From: Octopus vulgaris
Taxonomy: Eukaryota
Direction: 5' to 3'
NCBI GenBank assembly: GCA_951406725.2
Contig: OX597824.1
Span: forward strand, 56,606,001-56,670,000
DNA length: 64,000 bases
Shown: in pieces, positions 14,153 through 26,500 of the stretch
How positions within the stretch are numbered: position 1 is the stretch's first letter
Layout: each line of letters begins with the position of its first letter
The notes under the pieces: model-generated
Told to the model about the DNA's origin: nothing
What the model saw: the letters and a program-made list of their open reading frames with translations, nothing else
Database searches by the model: none
Position numbers and translations under genes: made by a program

Positions 14153-15118
14153 ATGTATAAGGGTGCTGTCAATAGGGCAACAGTCAGCCATGAATACAGT
14201 GATGCATTTAATGTACAAGTTGTAGTTCTCAAGGGCTTGGTTCTTAGTCTCCTCTTATTCATCATAGTCCTCCAGGTTATAACAGAGGAATTTAAGACTA
14301 GTTGATCATGGAAATTATTATATGCTTAAGATCTTACTCTTATAGTGGAATGTGTAGCAGAATTGGAAAAGAAATTCCAGGTTTGGAAGCAAAACTTGGA
14401 ATCAAAGGGCCTTAGTTAACCTAGCAAAGACCAAAATTGTTGTTAGCAAGAAAGCAGGTAAGTCTCTCTTTCTGTCAGATAAATGGCCCTGTTCACTATG
14501 TAGGAAAGGTGCTGTAAGGAATTCCATTCAATGCACCCAGTGCAAGCTATGGATGCATAAGAGGTGCAATGGGATCGTGAGTAGAATAATACAGAAAGTA
14601 ATCTTTGTATGTGGTTGATGTATAGAAACAATAAACCCTAAGGACACATAGTAATTAGATTTTTTTTAATGCTCAGGAGGCTCTCTAGAGATTGTAGATA
14701 ATGTCTGTTACTTAGGGGACCAAATTAGCAATGAAGGAGGATGTTCTGAAAATATAGTTGCTAGAATAAGAATAGGATGGAGAAAGTTTTGAGAGCTATT
14801 ACCTCTGTTGGCAGCAAAAGGCCTCTCCCTTAGAGTGAAAGGCAGACTCTATGAAGCTTCTGTATGAACAGCTATACTCCATGGTGGCAGGACATGGGCC
14901 CTGAATGCATATGTTGTGTGTAAACTGGAGAGGAATGAAGCTAGCATTCTCTTAGGGATGTGCAACATCAGTGTGCATGTACAACAATGTCCAAATACAT
15001 CAGAAGGGGAACTAGGTATAAGAGAGATCAGATGTAGTATGCAAGAGAGAAGACGATTGTTTGGTCATGTGATGTGTATAAATGAGGACAGGTGTATAAC
15101 GAAGTAATGATTGCTTAA

Positions 15119-16517
15119 CCCTTTCGTTACTATATTTCTGACCAAAATACATCCCTTATGTGTTTCAATTAATTTCTAACATAATCATAAATTTAGTCTG
15201 GTTTCATTAAACAACTATAACTTTTTTATTTATCAATATATTAACGTGAATTTTGGAAGATAATTTAATGAAATGTTCTCAACCAATTCTATACTATAAT
15301 TTTTGTCACAAAGTGACTCTAATTGCAAGTAGATACAGGTAAATTCAACAAAATATAAAATTATTAAAATTTTGTTCAAACATCGCTATAGAAAATGGGT
15401 TATTAGCTAATATTCAATTGGGTATACAACAAAATTTTACGATAGAATTTGTTATTCTGGGTAACTTTCTGATACCCATAATAATATTTATGGCAAAATA
15501 GTCTTAATTTCATTTAAGGTTATGGGAAACCACTAACTATCCTTTCGTTCGCTTTGTTTATGTTTAGCGTAACGGTTCATTTCCGCCGTAATGAGTTCAA
15601 ATAGGCTCATTCGAAAAAGTAAAAAGAAATAGTCTAAGGCTTTACTCTTCTGGGAAAGTCTGTGGCTTGGTCCAGTTTCTTCAGAAAAATTACCGAAAGA
15701 AACAGTTTTTAAATTTTCACTCCATTCAGGCCCCCAGCTCTGTCTGGCCCCCGTGTCGGTGGCACGTAAAAGCACCATCCGTTCGTGTCCGTTGCCAGCC
15801 TCGCCTGGCCCCCGTGCCGGTGACACATAAAAGCACCATCCGTTCGTGGCCGTTTGCCAGCTCTGTCTGGCACCTGTGCAGGTGGCACGTAAAAAGCACC
15901 CACTACACTCACAGAGTGGTTGGCGTTAGGAAGGGCATCCAGCCGTAGAAACACTGCCAGATCTGACTGGGCCTGACGAAGCCTTCCAGCTTCACAGACC
16001 CCAGTTGAACCGTCCAACCCATGCTAGCATGGAAAGCGGACGCTAAATGATGATGATGATGATGATGTCGGAGCTCTCGGATTCACTGTTTTCACTTTCG
16101 GAAAATGAAACATCAGATTCATTATCAAATACCACATGCTTTCTTTTTTCAGTCATAGAGTTAGATTTATGAAGGTCTTCAGTAGAAAATCCTTCGAATT
16201 CTGACTCGCTGCTTGATATAATGAAATTCGTATCCATTTTTTGTCAGAATTACAAATTTTGAAACACAATAGGAACAAATTTCGGAAAAAAATCTCCCAA
16301 AATTCACGGAATTAAAATTACACTTCGATTTTTGTACAAAACTGTAGTTGAACTCTTTACGAAGTATAATACGTATTTTCACGAATGTACTAAAGAGATT
16401 TGCTTTGATATTCTCATTTAAATATGAATAGGTAAATTCGGGCGGCTTTGGGCGGTTTGGTCACATTAACCAAAATTTTTTTTTCAGGCGGTTTCAGGCA
16501 GTTTGGTAACGAAAGGG
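15119..16517 (-). mobile_element. Internally deleted piggyBac element
   Basis: TTAA on both sides, TIR CCCTTTCGTTAC; acidic N-terminus MDTNFIISSSESEFEGF and ALDYFFLLF...ITAEMNRYA transposase remnant. Confidence 0.9.
15730..16067 (+). mobile_element. RTE 3' UTR insertion inside the piggyBac ORF
   Basis: Same repeat-containing 3' end and (GAT)n tail as 4265-4630. Confidence 0.85.
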
Positions 16518-17765
16518 TTAAAGCAGATGGAACTTGTGGAAGAGGGAGACTCAGGAAGATATGAGATGAAGTAGTGAGGGTAGATCTCAAGATGTTGAGC
16601 CCCACAGAGGAGATGATGATCAATCAAGATGTCTGGTGATATAAGGTCCTTGAGAAAACCCATTCGCCTCAGTGAAACTGAGTTCTGGAAGCACTGTATT
16701 ATGTGCTCTCCACTTACACATTATGTTAATTCATTCCATGCCCCCAATGAACCAAACTACATCTTATCTTTCACCACAAGTCCTTTTTTTTCTACACCCC
16801 ACTCCTGCAGTCCAGTGCCACTTTGTCATCTTTCTCTCCTGTCCTCTCCCTGCCAATCATATCATTACTATACTACCACTCCCCTATGTACCTGTTTACA
16901 CCACTTTCTACATGTCTCTTCTACTACCCACTTCCACAACTCTCCTTTTGCACTCTTGTGAACTCTCTATTCACTCTTCCTGTCCATTCCTCTGTACCAC
17001 TCTACTTAGATTCATCTCCTTGTACCTTGAGGGTATGTCCTGGCAGATCTTCACTACTGTCTTCTCTCTCTTCCTGACTAGGGTAACCATGTACCTCCTC
17101 TACGACAAGACATTGCTTTCTGTCCTTCTATCATAGTTTAACTGCTCATCACCAGGCCCAAAGCCACCTACCTCAATACCACTCCCTCTCTCAGTTGAGA
17201 GGTCTTTGTCTTGCAAGTTACTTTGTGACCTCACCAGTGCTGGTGCGACATAAAAATCAGTCAGTACAGATAAAAATCATTTCAAGTGGTTGATGTTAGG
17301 AAGAGCAATCAGTCATAGAAACCATGCCAAAGCTGACAGAAGAGCTTGGCACAGCCCCTTGGCTTACCAGCTCCTGTCAAACCGTCCAACTCATGCCAGC
17401 ATGAAAAATGGATGTTGAATGTTGATAATGTGTATATCTATCCCTCCATCTGTCCAGTGAAACATATATACATATATATGTATGTGTGTGTGTGTGTGTA
17501 AAAACCATGCCAAAACTGACCTCACCAGTGCTGGTACTATGTAAAAGGCACTCTGTCCACTCTATTGGATGGTTGGTGTTAGGAAGGACATCCAGCCATA
17601 AAAACTATGCAAAAGCTGACACAACAGCTTGGTGTAGTCTTCTACCTGATTGGCTCCTGTCAAACTGTCCAACCCATGTCAGTATTGAAGGTGGACAAGA
17701 AATGATGATGATGATATTAATTATGGTGATAATTTCCTATTTCTGTTTTGTTTATATTGATTTAG

Positions 17766-17837
17766 CAAAGAAGATTTTGATAGGAAAAAACTTATGGAAG
17801 ACTTAAAGAGAGACAGATTACAGAAAAAATTGGCACG
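17766..17837 (+). CDS. UBXN1: UBXN1-like exon (KEDFDRKKLMEDLKRDRLQKKLAR)
   Basis: tttag acceptor, gtaggt donor; TA+C completes Tyr with the previous exon; phase 2-2. Confidence 0.85.
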
Positions 17838-18349
17838 GTAGGTATTTATAAATTATTATTATATTACTGTCATGTAATAAAAATAATAATGGTTTGTGGT
17901 TTAGGCATAAGGTCAGGAATTATGAAGGGAAGAACTGGTCTTTAATTTGACCTTTTGGGTTTCATAAATTATAGTACCTGTCAAGTACTGAGATTAATGT
18001 GATTGACTAACCTCCACCTCCTGTTACTATTGCTGGCCATGTATCAAAATCAAACTCTGTTATCATTATTGCTCGGAAGATCTATGGAAATTCCAGTATG
18101 TTAGTCAGCATATTTAAAAACATGTTATATTAAACACAAGCAAAGAATTTCAAAAATTCTTTTGAAATCCTGCAATTTAATCAAAACTGTACTTTGAAAT
18201 ATATTCAAAATGAACTTAGAAGGTATTTATTTTCCTTCTTTGAATATAGTTGACAGATATGACATGCTTAATAGTTTAAGGAAATAAAAGATGAATTAAA
18301 ATAAAACTTATTTGTGTGTGTATATATGTGTATACATATATATATATAT

Positions 18350-18900
18350 ATATCAAGAAAAACATGTTTTAAATCTCTGAACGAGAGAAATACAGTAGCA
18401 GTACTGAATAGTAATGTTTATATGCCAACATAACATGGCAGTCATATAAAGGATGATGTAACATCGTCCTTTACAGGACTGCCATGTTATGTTGGCATAT
18501 AAACATTACTATTCGGTACTGCTACTGTATTTCTCTCGTTCAGAGATTTAAAACATGTTTTTCTTCTTGATATGAAATCAACAACTGTCGGTCGCTTAAA
18601 GAATATATAGTATTTATGAGTGGTAATAACTTTTGTCACAAGCTGGTGATTGTCTCACACTGAAGATGGATAACATTCAGAAACTTAGGTCTGTGAGTAT
18701 CACGTAAGGCCAGAGATGGGGGTGATGATCTCCCTTGCAAATACTATATATGAACACAAACTGTGTCAACAGCCAGCTGGAAAAGATGTTTCCCTGGGGC
18801 TAAAACAACAGGGAAACATCTTTTCCAGCTTGCTGTTGACACAGTTTGTGTCCATATATAGCATTTGTAAAGGAGGTCATCACTCCCATCTCTGGCCTTA
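18350..18900 (+). mobile_element. Fold-back retrozyme-like element, copy 2 (monomer 18461-18808 with inverted terminal arms)
   Basis: Hairpins 18350-18573 and 18705-18900 flank a hammerhead; TA-rich flanks; no meaningful ORF. Confidence 0.75.
18654..18697 (+). ncRNA. Type I hammerhead ribozyme
   Basis: ctcaca-CTGAAGA-tgga taaca ttca-GAAA-c ttag g-TC-tgtgag: 6-bp stem I, 4-bp stem II, short stem III, GUC triplet. Confidence 0.85.
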
Positions 18901-18908
18901 TATATTTA

Positions 18909-20201
18909 CAGGGTGGGGCTGAGAGGACAGACGTTTTTGAAAAATTCACAAAATCATTAATTTTAGCTGCAAACAAATTTTATTGACATCAGTGTGTTCG
19001 TATTAAATTAGCATTTGTCAAAATCACGTGTGGAAAACAACACCCATCATATGGTGTCCATTTTCATTGATAGATTTCTGAAGGCATTCTTGGAAGTTGG
19101 TTCCCACTCTCTCTCTCCAGCATTGCTCTGTTGATTTGGGCGACTTCTCTGCAGATAGCTTCATTCAAATTGTCTGATGTATGGGGCTTATGCACATGTA
19201 CACGTGCCTTGATGTTTCCCCACAAGAAATAATCACACATGGACAAATCGGGACCAAGGAGGCCAAGGAGTGTCTGCAAACCTTGAAATAAGGTATTCAT
19301 CAAAGAGTAGGCGAAGAACGTCCATTGATGCTCTGGCTGTATGGACTGTTGCCCCATCCTACTGAAACCACACACAATGAATAGGCATATGTTTACATCA
19401 TAATTCAGGCACGAAGAAGTTGTTTATCATCTTTATGTAATGCTCGGAGTTCACAGTAAATGATGGAAGCTTTTCCAACAGCACACCAGACCATCACTTT
19501 TGGGCTGTGCAGTTCTCTTGGATTTTCAAGAGCCTAATAATGACAGTTCTGTTGATTCACCATGCCATTGAGATAAAAATGAGCTTCATCACTCATTAAC
19601 AAAATGAGGTTGTCATTTGCCTCAGAAATTACTACCATCTGACGTGCGAAGTTAAGCTGCTGTGCATAGTTCCATGGTTTCAACTGTTGCCCAATGACCA
19701 ACTTGTATGGGTGGAAATGCAGGTCTTCATGTAAAATATACCTTATCGATCGATTACCGATGCCAAGTTCAGTGGAATGTTTATGAGCAAAACAATTTGA
19801 ACTCTGTATCAAAGCTTGTCTGATGTGTTCCATGTTTTCCAGGGTCTGTACTGTTCGTGGTGCCCCTGCCGGTCTCCTATTCATTATTGTACTTCATGTA
19901 TGAAGCGCATTCACCCAATGAAAGATTGTGTTACAGGTGGGAGCAGCCTAATTTTGGTGAATGTTGAAGTGGCGCCAAAACTCATGTTGAACTGCTAGGG
20001 CAGACTTGTTATTCTTCATGTAACTGTCGTCCATCAGGTAACTGTCATGTAACTATCGTCCACAGTGCCATGGCTTCCGCTGAAAAGAAAAAAAAATGCT
20101 AAGAGACCATGGATCAAATGGTACCTGTCGGATATATGTCCTTCTCTCTGGAGCTGAGTAATAGCCATTTCAAAAATGTTCAACCTCTCTACCCCATCTT
20201 G
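18909..20201 (-). mobile_element. Degraded full-length Tc1/mariner-superfamily transposon
   Basis: TA flanks, imperfect TIRs cagggtggggc.gagagg..acgtttttgaaa; remnants HFHPYK, MSDEAHFYLNGMVNQQN, FQQDGAT, PDLSMCDYFLWG. Confidence 0.88.
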
Positions 20202-20209
20202 TATATGTA

Positions 20210-20242
<33 letters not shown>

Positions 20243-20243
<1 letters not shown>

Positions 20244-20628
20244 GGAGTGGCTGTGTGGTAAGTAGCTTGTTTACCAACCACATGGTTCCGGGTTCAGTCC
20301 CACTGCGTGGCACCTTGGGCAAGTGTCTTCTACTATAGCCTTGGGCCGACCAAAGCCTTGTGAGTGGATGTGGTAGACGGAAACTGAAAGAAGCCCGTTG
20401 TATATATGTATATGTATGTGTGTGTGTTTGTGTGTCTGTGTTTGTCTCCTAGCATTGCTTGACAACCGATGCTGGTGTGTTTATGTCCCCGTCACTTAGC
20501 GGTTCGGCAAAACAGATCGATAGAATAAGTACTGGGCTTACAAAGAATAAGTCCCGGGGTTGAGTTGCTCAATTAAAGGTGGTGCTCCAGCATGGCCGCA
20601 GTCAAATGACTGAAACAAGTAAAAGAGT
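20243..20628 (+). mobile_element. Full-length tRNA-derived SINE in (TA)n
   Basis: A box gtggctgtgtgg, B box ggttcagtccc, core ccttgggcaagtgtc, tail gactgaaacaagtaaaagag. Confidence 0.88.
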
Positions 20629-21775
20629 ATATATATATATATATATATAAACTACACTTTTCACTGACCAACCATCATCAATGCTTAGTCAGAGTTATTT
20701 ACCAATTGAGATTATTTTCATTTCTTTTCATATTAGTTCAGTTTAGCTATATATCTACTTGTATATTTATATATCCCTCTATCTGCATATCTGTTGATAT
20801 ATCTGTAGACTCCGCTACATACCTATCTGTCTGTCTATATATATCTATATGTATCTGTCTGTATATATGTATAAGAAGAAAAAAAGGGATTAAAAAGTCC
20901 AGGTAGATATTGATAAAGCACTGAGTTTTAAATGAATTTGGTTAACTATATCCAACAATTAGATACCAATAGATGTAAGCAGAATACACATCCAAGGTAA
21001 TTCCTCATGTATGACAAGTAGATCCAAATATCATCTAGAAGAATTTTGAGAAATTCAGCGTATTAGACAACAAAAATACATATAAAAAAAAAAATCGCGT
21101 TTAATTGTAGAACTCACCTTATTAAGCCATCGATTATGTCTGTTGTATCAACTTATTCAGATGTAGAAAATATTGAAATTAATATTTCCAAAAATACATA
21201 TTGACACAATGTTTTCAAGGTAATGCAAAATTAGTTAGCAGAAACAGTAGAGCATTGGATAAAATACCTTGCTGTATTTGGAACTTTATGTTCTGTGTCT
21301 GAATCCCATTAGGGTTGACTTTGTCCTTCAGCTTTTCAAGGGTTCAATAAAATACAGTGAAGTGCATGGGTCTGTATAATCAACTAATTCCTCCACTTAA
21401 ATTTCAGGCCTTTGTACCTATTATAGAGTTTAAAAAAATTTTTTTTTTTCAAATTTCATCCTTTAAAGGTTGACAAAATAAGTATCAGTTGAACATTTGG
21501 GTCAATGAATTGACTTACTCCTCCTCTAAAATTGTTGACTGTGTGCCAAAATTGAAACCATTATTATTTTCTGAATTTTAGTTACTAGTAAATACAGCTG
21601 TTATAGTAAACCTCAGGGGAAATTGCGTATATTCTTATAACTTCAACCAATAATCTTTAGTTTTAGTATATTGAGACAGTGTTGGCTGTGCCACATATTT
21701 TAATGTTTCTGGTTGTATTGTATCAAATATTGATATATATTTTTTTCTTTCTTATTTTCTGAACTTGTTGAACAG

Positions 21776-21824
21776 GGATCAAGTTTTAGACAATATTAGG
21801 AAAGATCGTGAAGCAATGCAAGAG
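21776..21824 (+). CDS. UBXN1: UBXN1-like exon (DQVLDNIRKDREAMQE)
   Basis: aacag acceptor, GAG|gtaagt donor, phase 2-0. Confidence 0.85.
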
Positions 21825-22239
21825 GTAAGTGTCTTGTTTCATGTTCTTAATGGCAGTTCTGATTTCAGACTGCAATGTTATTGTTGTTCCTAGCTTCAGG
21901 TCACCCTTGATTAAACAGTCCTATAAAGCACAGGTAGTTGGCCAAATTACCAAGTGGTACCCAGAGAAACATTTTACTAGTTTTATCATATTTCTGCCTA
22001 ACTGAAGACTGTATTTCCATACTCTGATATGTAGAGATGAATTGCATGGAGTGCAGCATAACAATGTAGATATGTTGCATTCTATCCACTGTTCAAATCT
22101 ATTTCTGTATGTTTGTAGATTTTGATGGTGAAACATGGCAGTGACAGGCAAGGTGGACTTAGTGTGTGATGGTTGCTGTTTCTCTGCTATTGTTTATGGT
22201 GGTGCACATTCCAATGATCTTAGTGATGCTGGGGATGTA

Positions 22240-22410
22240 TGAGAGGTGCTGAAAAGTTCCTGGCTTTGAGTAAAAGAAAATTCAGGAGGATCAGTTAATT
22301 ATGATTTTATTCAACATATTCCCCCCTCAGACTCACACACTTATTGAAATGGTCCTTCAGTTTTTCTAAGCCCTGTAAAGGAACTTGGATTGTTGGGTCT
22401 CCAACCAGGT
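22240..22410. mobile_element. mariner-like terminal fragment
   Basis: ta-tgagaggtgctgaaaagttcc resembles a mariner TIR; partner end not found. Confidence 0.45.
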
Positions 22411-22602
22411 CTTGTGGTTTATCTCAGATACAAATGTTTCTGTTTTTCTTTTATTTTTGTTATGACTTGTTAATGACTTCCTTCAGTTATGACTGAGTAA
22501 TATCTTTGGTTGTTATGACTGTCTAATATCTTTGTGTTACTATGGCTGAATGCTGTCTTTGAAATATAATTTATTTAACAAGTTATTATTGTTTCCTCTC
22601 AG

Positions 22603-22725
22603 AATGACAAAAGGAGGCAAGGAGGATCTCTTTCTGCTAATTCTACTGCAACAGTTAAACTTGAGTCCCCTACTGAACACACCCAAAATGTTGCTGATAG
22701 AGATTATTCTGAATGTAAACTGCTG
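22603..22725 (+). CDS. UBXN1: UBXN1-like exon (linker to UBX start, ...DRDYSECKLL)
   Basis: ctcag acceptor, gtaag donor, 123 bp, phase 0-0. Confidence 0.87.
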
Positions 22726-23199
22726 GTAAGTGTTTGGGTTTGCTTGAATATTAATTGGTATTCTGTGTGAGACAGGGAAAAAGCTTAGATGCAGGAGAAA
22801 GGGTACCTTTTTTTTACTTTTGTAGAACCTTTGAAGCTGTGTTGGGGCAAAGAAGAATGCCCAACTCCTGGATTAACTTCAGCTTGAGATGTAAGCAGAC
22901 ACTTCCAATAGTCAACCCCACATAATGTACCTAGGGGCCAGGTGGTGTTAGTGTTGTTAAAGCATGTGATGTATTAAATTGACTGCTGAAATACAGTACC
23001 ATCTAATATACCCCCCTACCCCAGTTTCTCTATACTCTAATTTCACTAAAATTGTTTGGTTTAATCTGAGGTATTGATAAGCATTAAAGGTGTTGTGTAT
23101 TTGAATTGAACTTAAGACAATGAGATTACAAAGCAAATTTCTAAACCATATGGCCATGGTTCTGTTGCATGAGTGGTGCTTAGATATGTGTGTGTATGT

Positions 23200-23560
23200 A
23201 TAATCATCTTTTAAAGTCCATGTTCCATGCTGGTATGGTGTGTTTTGTGTACTAGACCATCATCATTGTTTAATGTCATCCTCCTTCCATGCTGGCATGG
23301 ATTGGATGATTTGACTGGAGCTGGTAGGAGCCTTCACCATGCTTCTGTGTCTGTTTTTATCTCTTTATTCAGGCTACATGCCTATAATAAAGAGATAAAA
23401 ACATACACAGAAGCATGGTGCAGGCTCCTGCTTCACTAGCTCCTGTCAAATCGTCCAATCCATGCCAGCATGGAAGGAGGATGACATTAAACAATGATGA
23501 TGGTCTAGTACACAAAACACACCATACCAGCATGGAACATGGACTTTAAAAGATGATTAT
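23200..23560. repeat. About 360-bp inverted duplication inside an RTE 3' end
   Basis: 23200-23370 is the reverse complement of about 23384-23560 with a few mismatches and an indel. Confidence 0.9.
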
Positions 23561-26500
23561 GTCTGTTTTGGCATGGTCTTTACAGCTAGATGCCCTTCCT
23601 AGCAGAAAAATGGGCTCAGTGCTTTTTACCTGGCATTCGCACAGGTGAGGTCAGTTTTGGTGTGGTTTTTACAGCTGGATGCTCTTCCAAATGTCAACCA
23701 CTTTACAGTGTGGACTGGGTGCTTTTTAAGTGGCACCTGCACTGGCAGGGGTCACCAGGTAACTTTGCAAAAACAAAGAGTCTTTAAGAGGGGAGGGGCA
23801 TTGGAGGAGGTGATCTTGTGTCAGATGATGAAAAATTAGAGTTTGACAGAGAAGCAGAAACAGATGTCTTGCTATAGAGGAGGTCCATGGTTACCTAGCC
23901 AGAGAGAGGAAAAGAAAGAGAGCAAGAGTTAATAAGAGGGTAGAATCAGGTGTGCTGCTGAAGAGGAGGGACATGGTTATCTAGAGAGAGAGGGGGACTT
24001 AACAAGAAAAAGGTGTCCTGCTGTAAAGGAGATACATGGTTATGTAGCCAGGCAAGAGAAGGAGGGAGGCAGAGTGATCAAGAATGAGGTTTGTTACTGT
24101 GGAGGAGATACGTGATTACTCAGCCAGAAGGAAGAGCAAGGGAAAGAGGAGAGGAGGAGATAGCAAGAGCAGGAGAGGGATAGTGGTAAGTGCCAAGGTA
24201 TACTTGCAAGGAATGGGGATCAGAGCATAGATGGGATGGTAGCATAAGGAAGAGAGATATGAATGGTGGGTGGCAAGTGCTGGCAAGGTATAGTCAAGGA
24301 GTCAGGAGTTGTGGTGGTGGGGGTTGAATGCTCTGACTGGTGAGAATCTGGGTATACAGAGGGGGAGGGGACAGGGGTTAGAAACACTACAGTAAGCAGG
24401 GTAGTGAGGACTGGATTGGGGAGTGGGAGACAATCACAGTGTATGAAGAGGAAATGTGAGGAAGAGAAACAGATTGGGAAGTGGGGATGTAGCTGTTTGT
24501 ACACAAGCATCATACAATCAACCTTTCACTCTGAGACAGCATCCTTTTGTTGCCAACAGTGGTAATAGTTCTCTGAACTTACTCCATCCTATTTGTATTC
24601 TAGAAACAATATTTTCAAAGCATCCAACCACATTGCTAATTTGGTGACCTAGGTAACATTTGAAAGAGTCTAAGTCCCATGTGCTCTTAGTACTTATTGT
24701 TCTTGCACATCTGCCACACACAAAGGTGATCTTATCTGTTAATCTGCTTGTGGTTCCACTGCATCTCTTGTGTCCATAGCTTACATTTGGTGCAGTGAAT
24801 GGAATTACTTCCCACTCCTTTCCTACATAGTGAACAGGGCCATTTACCTGATGGACTTAGAGTTTTATCTGCTTTCCTGCTAACAACAACTTTGGTCTTA
24901 GCTAGGTTAACTTTGAGGCACTTTGATTCCAGGTTTTTCTTCCATACCTGGAATTTCTTCTCCAATTCTGCTACACATTCTGGAATAAGAGTGAGTTAAT
25001 CAATGTATAGTACTTCTCATGGGCATCCGATTTTGAATTCTTCTGTTATGGCCTGGAAGACTATGATGAATAGGAGTGGACTAAAAACTGAGTCCTGGTG
25101 AACCCTTACCTGTACGCTAAATTCATCACTATATTCATGGCTGGCTCTCACCTTACTGACAGCCTCTCTGTACATGGCTTGTATGACACTAACAAGCCAC
25201 TCCTCTACTCTTAGCTTCCTTAGAGACCACCTTATAACAGAGTGTGGTACTCTGTCTAAAGCTTTCTCTAGGTTGACGAAATCTAAATACAGTGGCTTAC
25301 TCTTGGCCAAATACTTTTCCTGCAGCTGTCTCACTATTAAGATGGCATCTGTGGTACTCTTCCCAGGTACAAAATCAAACTTCATCTCATCTAGTTTAAT
25401 TCTTTTCCTAATCAGTTGAGCTATAACTCTCTCTGTAACTTTCATGACATGGTAGAGTAGTCTGATACCTCTGTAGTTGTTTCAGTCTAAGGCACCACCT
25501 TTACACTTGTAGCTGCCTAACTATAATACTACTACACCAGTCATTGGGGATGGCACCTTCTTGAATAACCTGATTAACTATGCAAGTGATTAGGCTGTAT
25601 CTCGCACTGACAGACATTTTTATCATCTCCACAGTGACACCCTATGGTCCAGAGGCTTTCTCTGTCTTCATATCCTTAATTGCCTTATCTATTATACTGC
25701 TATCAATTCTGATGGCTTGTCCTTCAGTTGGTTCAATATTTGAAAGACTCTCCCATTCATTTTTCCACATTTAGTAACCTTTCATAGTGGTACTTCCATT
25801 ATTCATTTGCACACGTTTCTCACCCACCACATCTCTATTCTCTCTGGCACACTACTTTGCAATCCGGAACACCTCATGTCTCTGATCTTCACACAGTAAG
25901 ACATTGGCAAATCTCTTACATTCTGCTATTCCTTTTGCTATATAAACCTGATGCCTAGCTTTCCTTCTGGCTACCTGATGTAATTCTCTGCTTCACTGTT
26001 TTTCCAGTCTTTCCCAGCCTGTCTCTTTGATTTTATGGTACTGTCCATCTCCTTGTTCTACCACCATGTCGGCCTCATTGGGACTTTGCACCAGTCACAG
26101 ATTTGCTCTTCAGCCCTCAGTAGATTGTCCCACAGGAATTTCCAGTTGTCCTCTAAGCTATATATCCCTACCTCCTCCTCTCTTTCGTCAGAAGCTTCCA
26201 CTAGAATATCTCTAAATTTCTGACAGTTTGCCGGGTCTTTGACCTTCCATACTCTTCTTTTCCAATGTGGTTTATTTCTCTGAGCCTTTCTAGACCTAAT
26301 TCTGAAGTCACCAACTTATGTTGGAGTGTATCCTCTTCACCTTGAAAGACTTTGCATTGTGAGTATCTGCCTATCTCATTGCCTGGTGAGGAGGTAATTG
26401 ATCTGGTTTATGTGCCCATCAGACTGATAAGTGATTAGGTGGCTGGCTGGTTTTCAGAAGTCATTTGCATCACAGAGCAACAGTAGTCTTGTTCCTTTCT

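Larger units (their letters stand above)
13530..17430 (+). mobile_element. Old RTE LINE (RT end to 3' UTR) interrupted by a hairpin element (13682-14152) and piggyBac (15119-16517)
   Basis: LYLAFVDVEKAFNRVP, LERNEASIL..MCN, RRLFGHV remnants continue across both insertions; RTE 3' end at about 17430. Confidence 0.85.
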
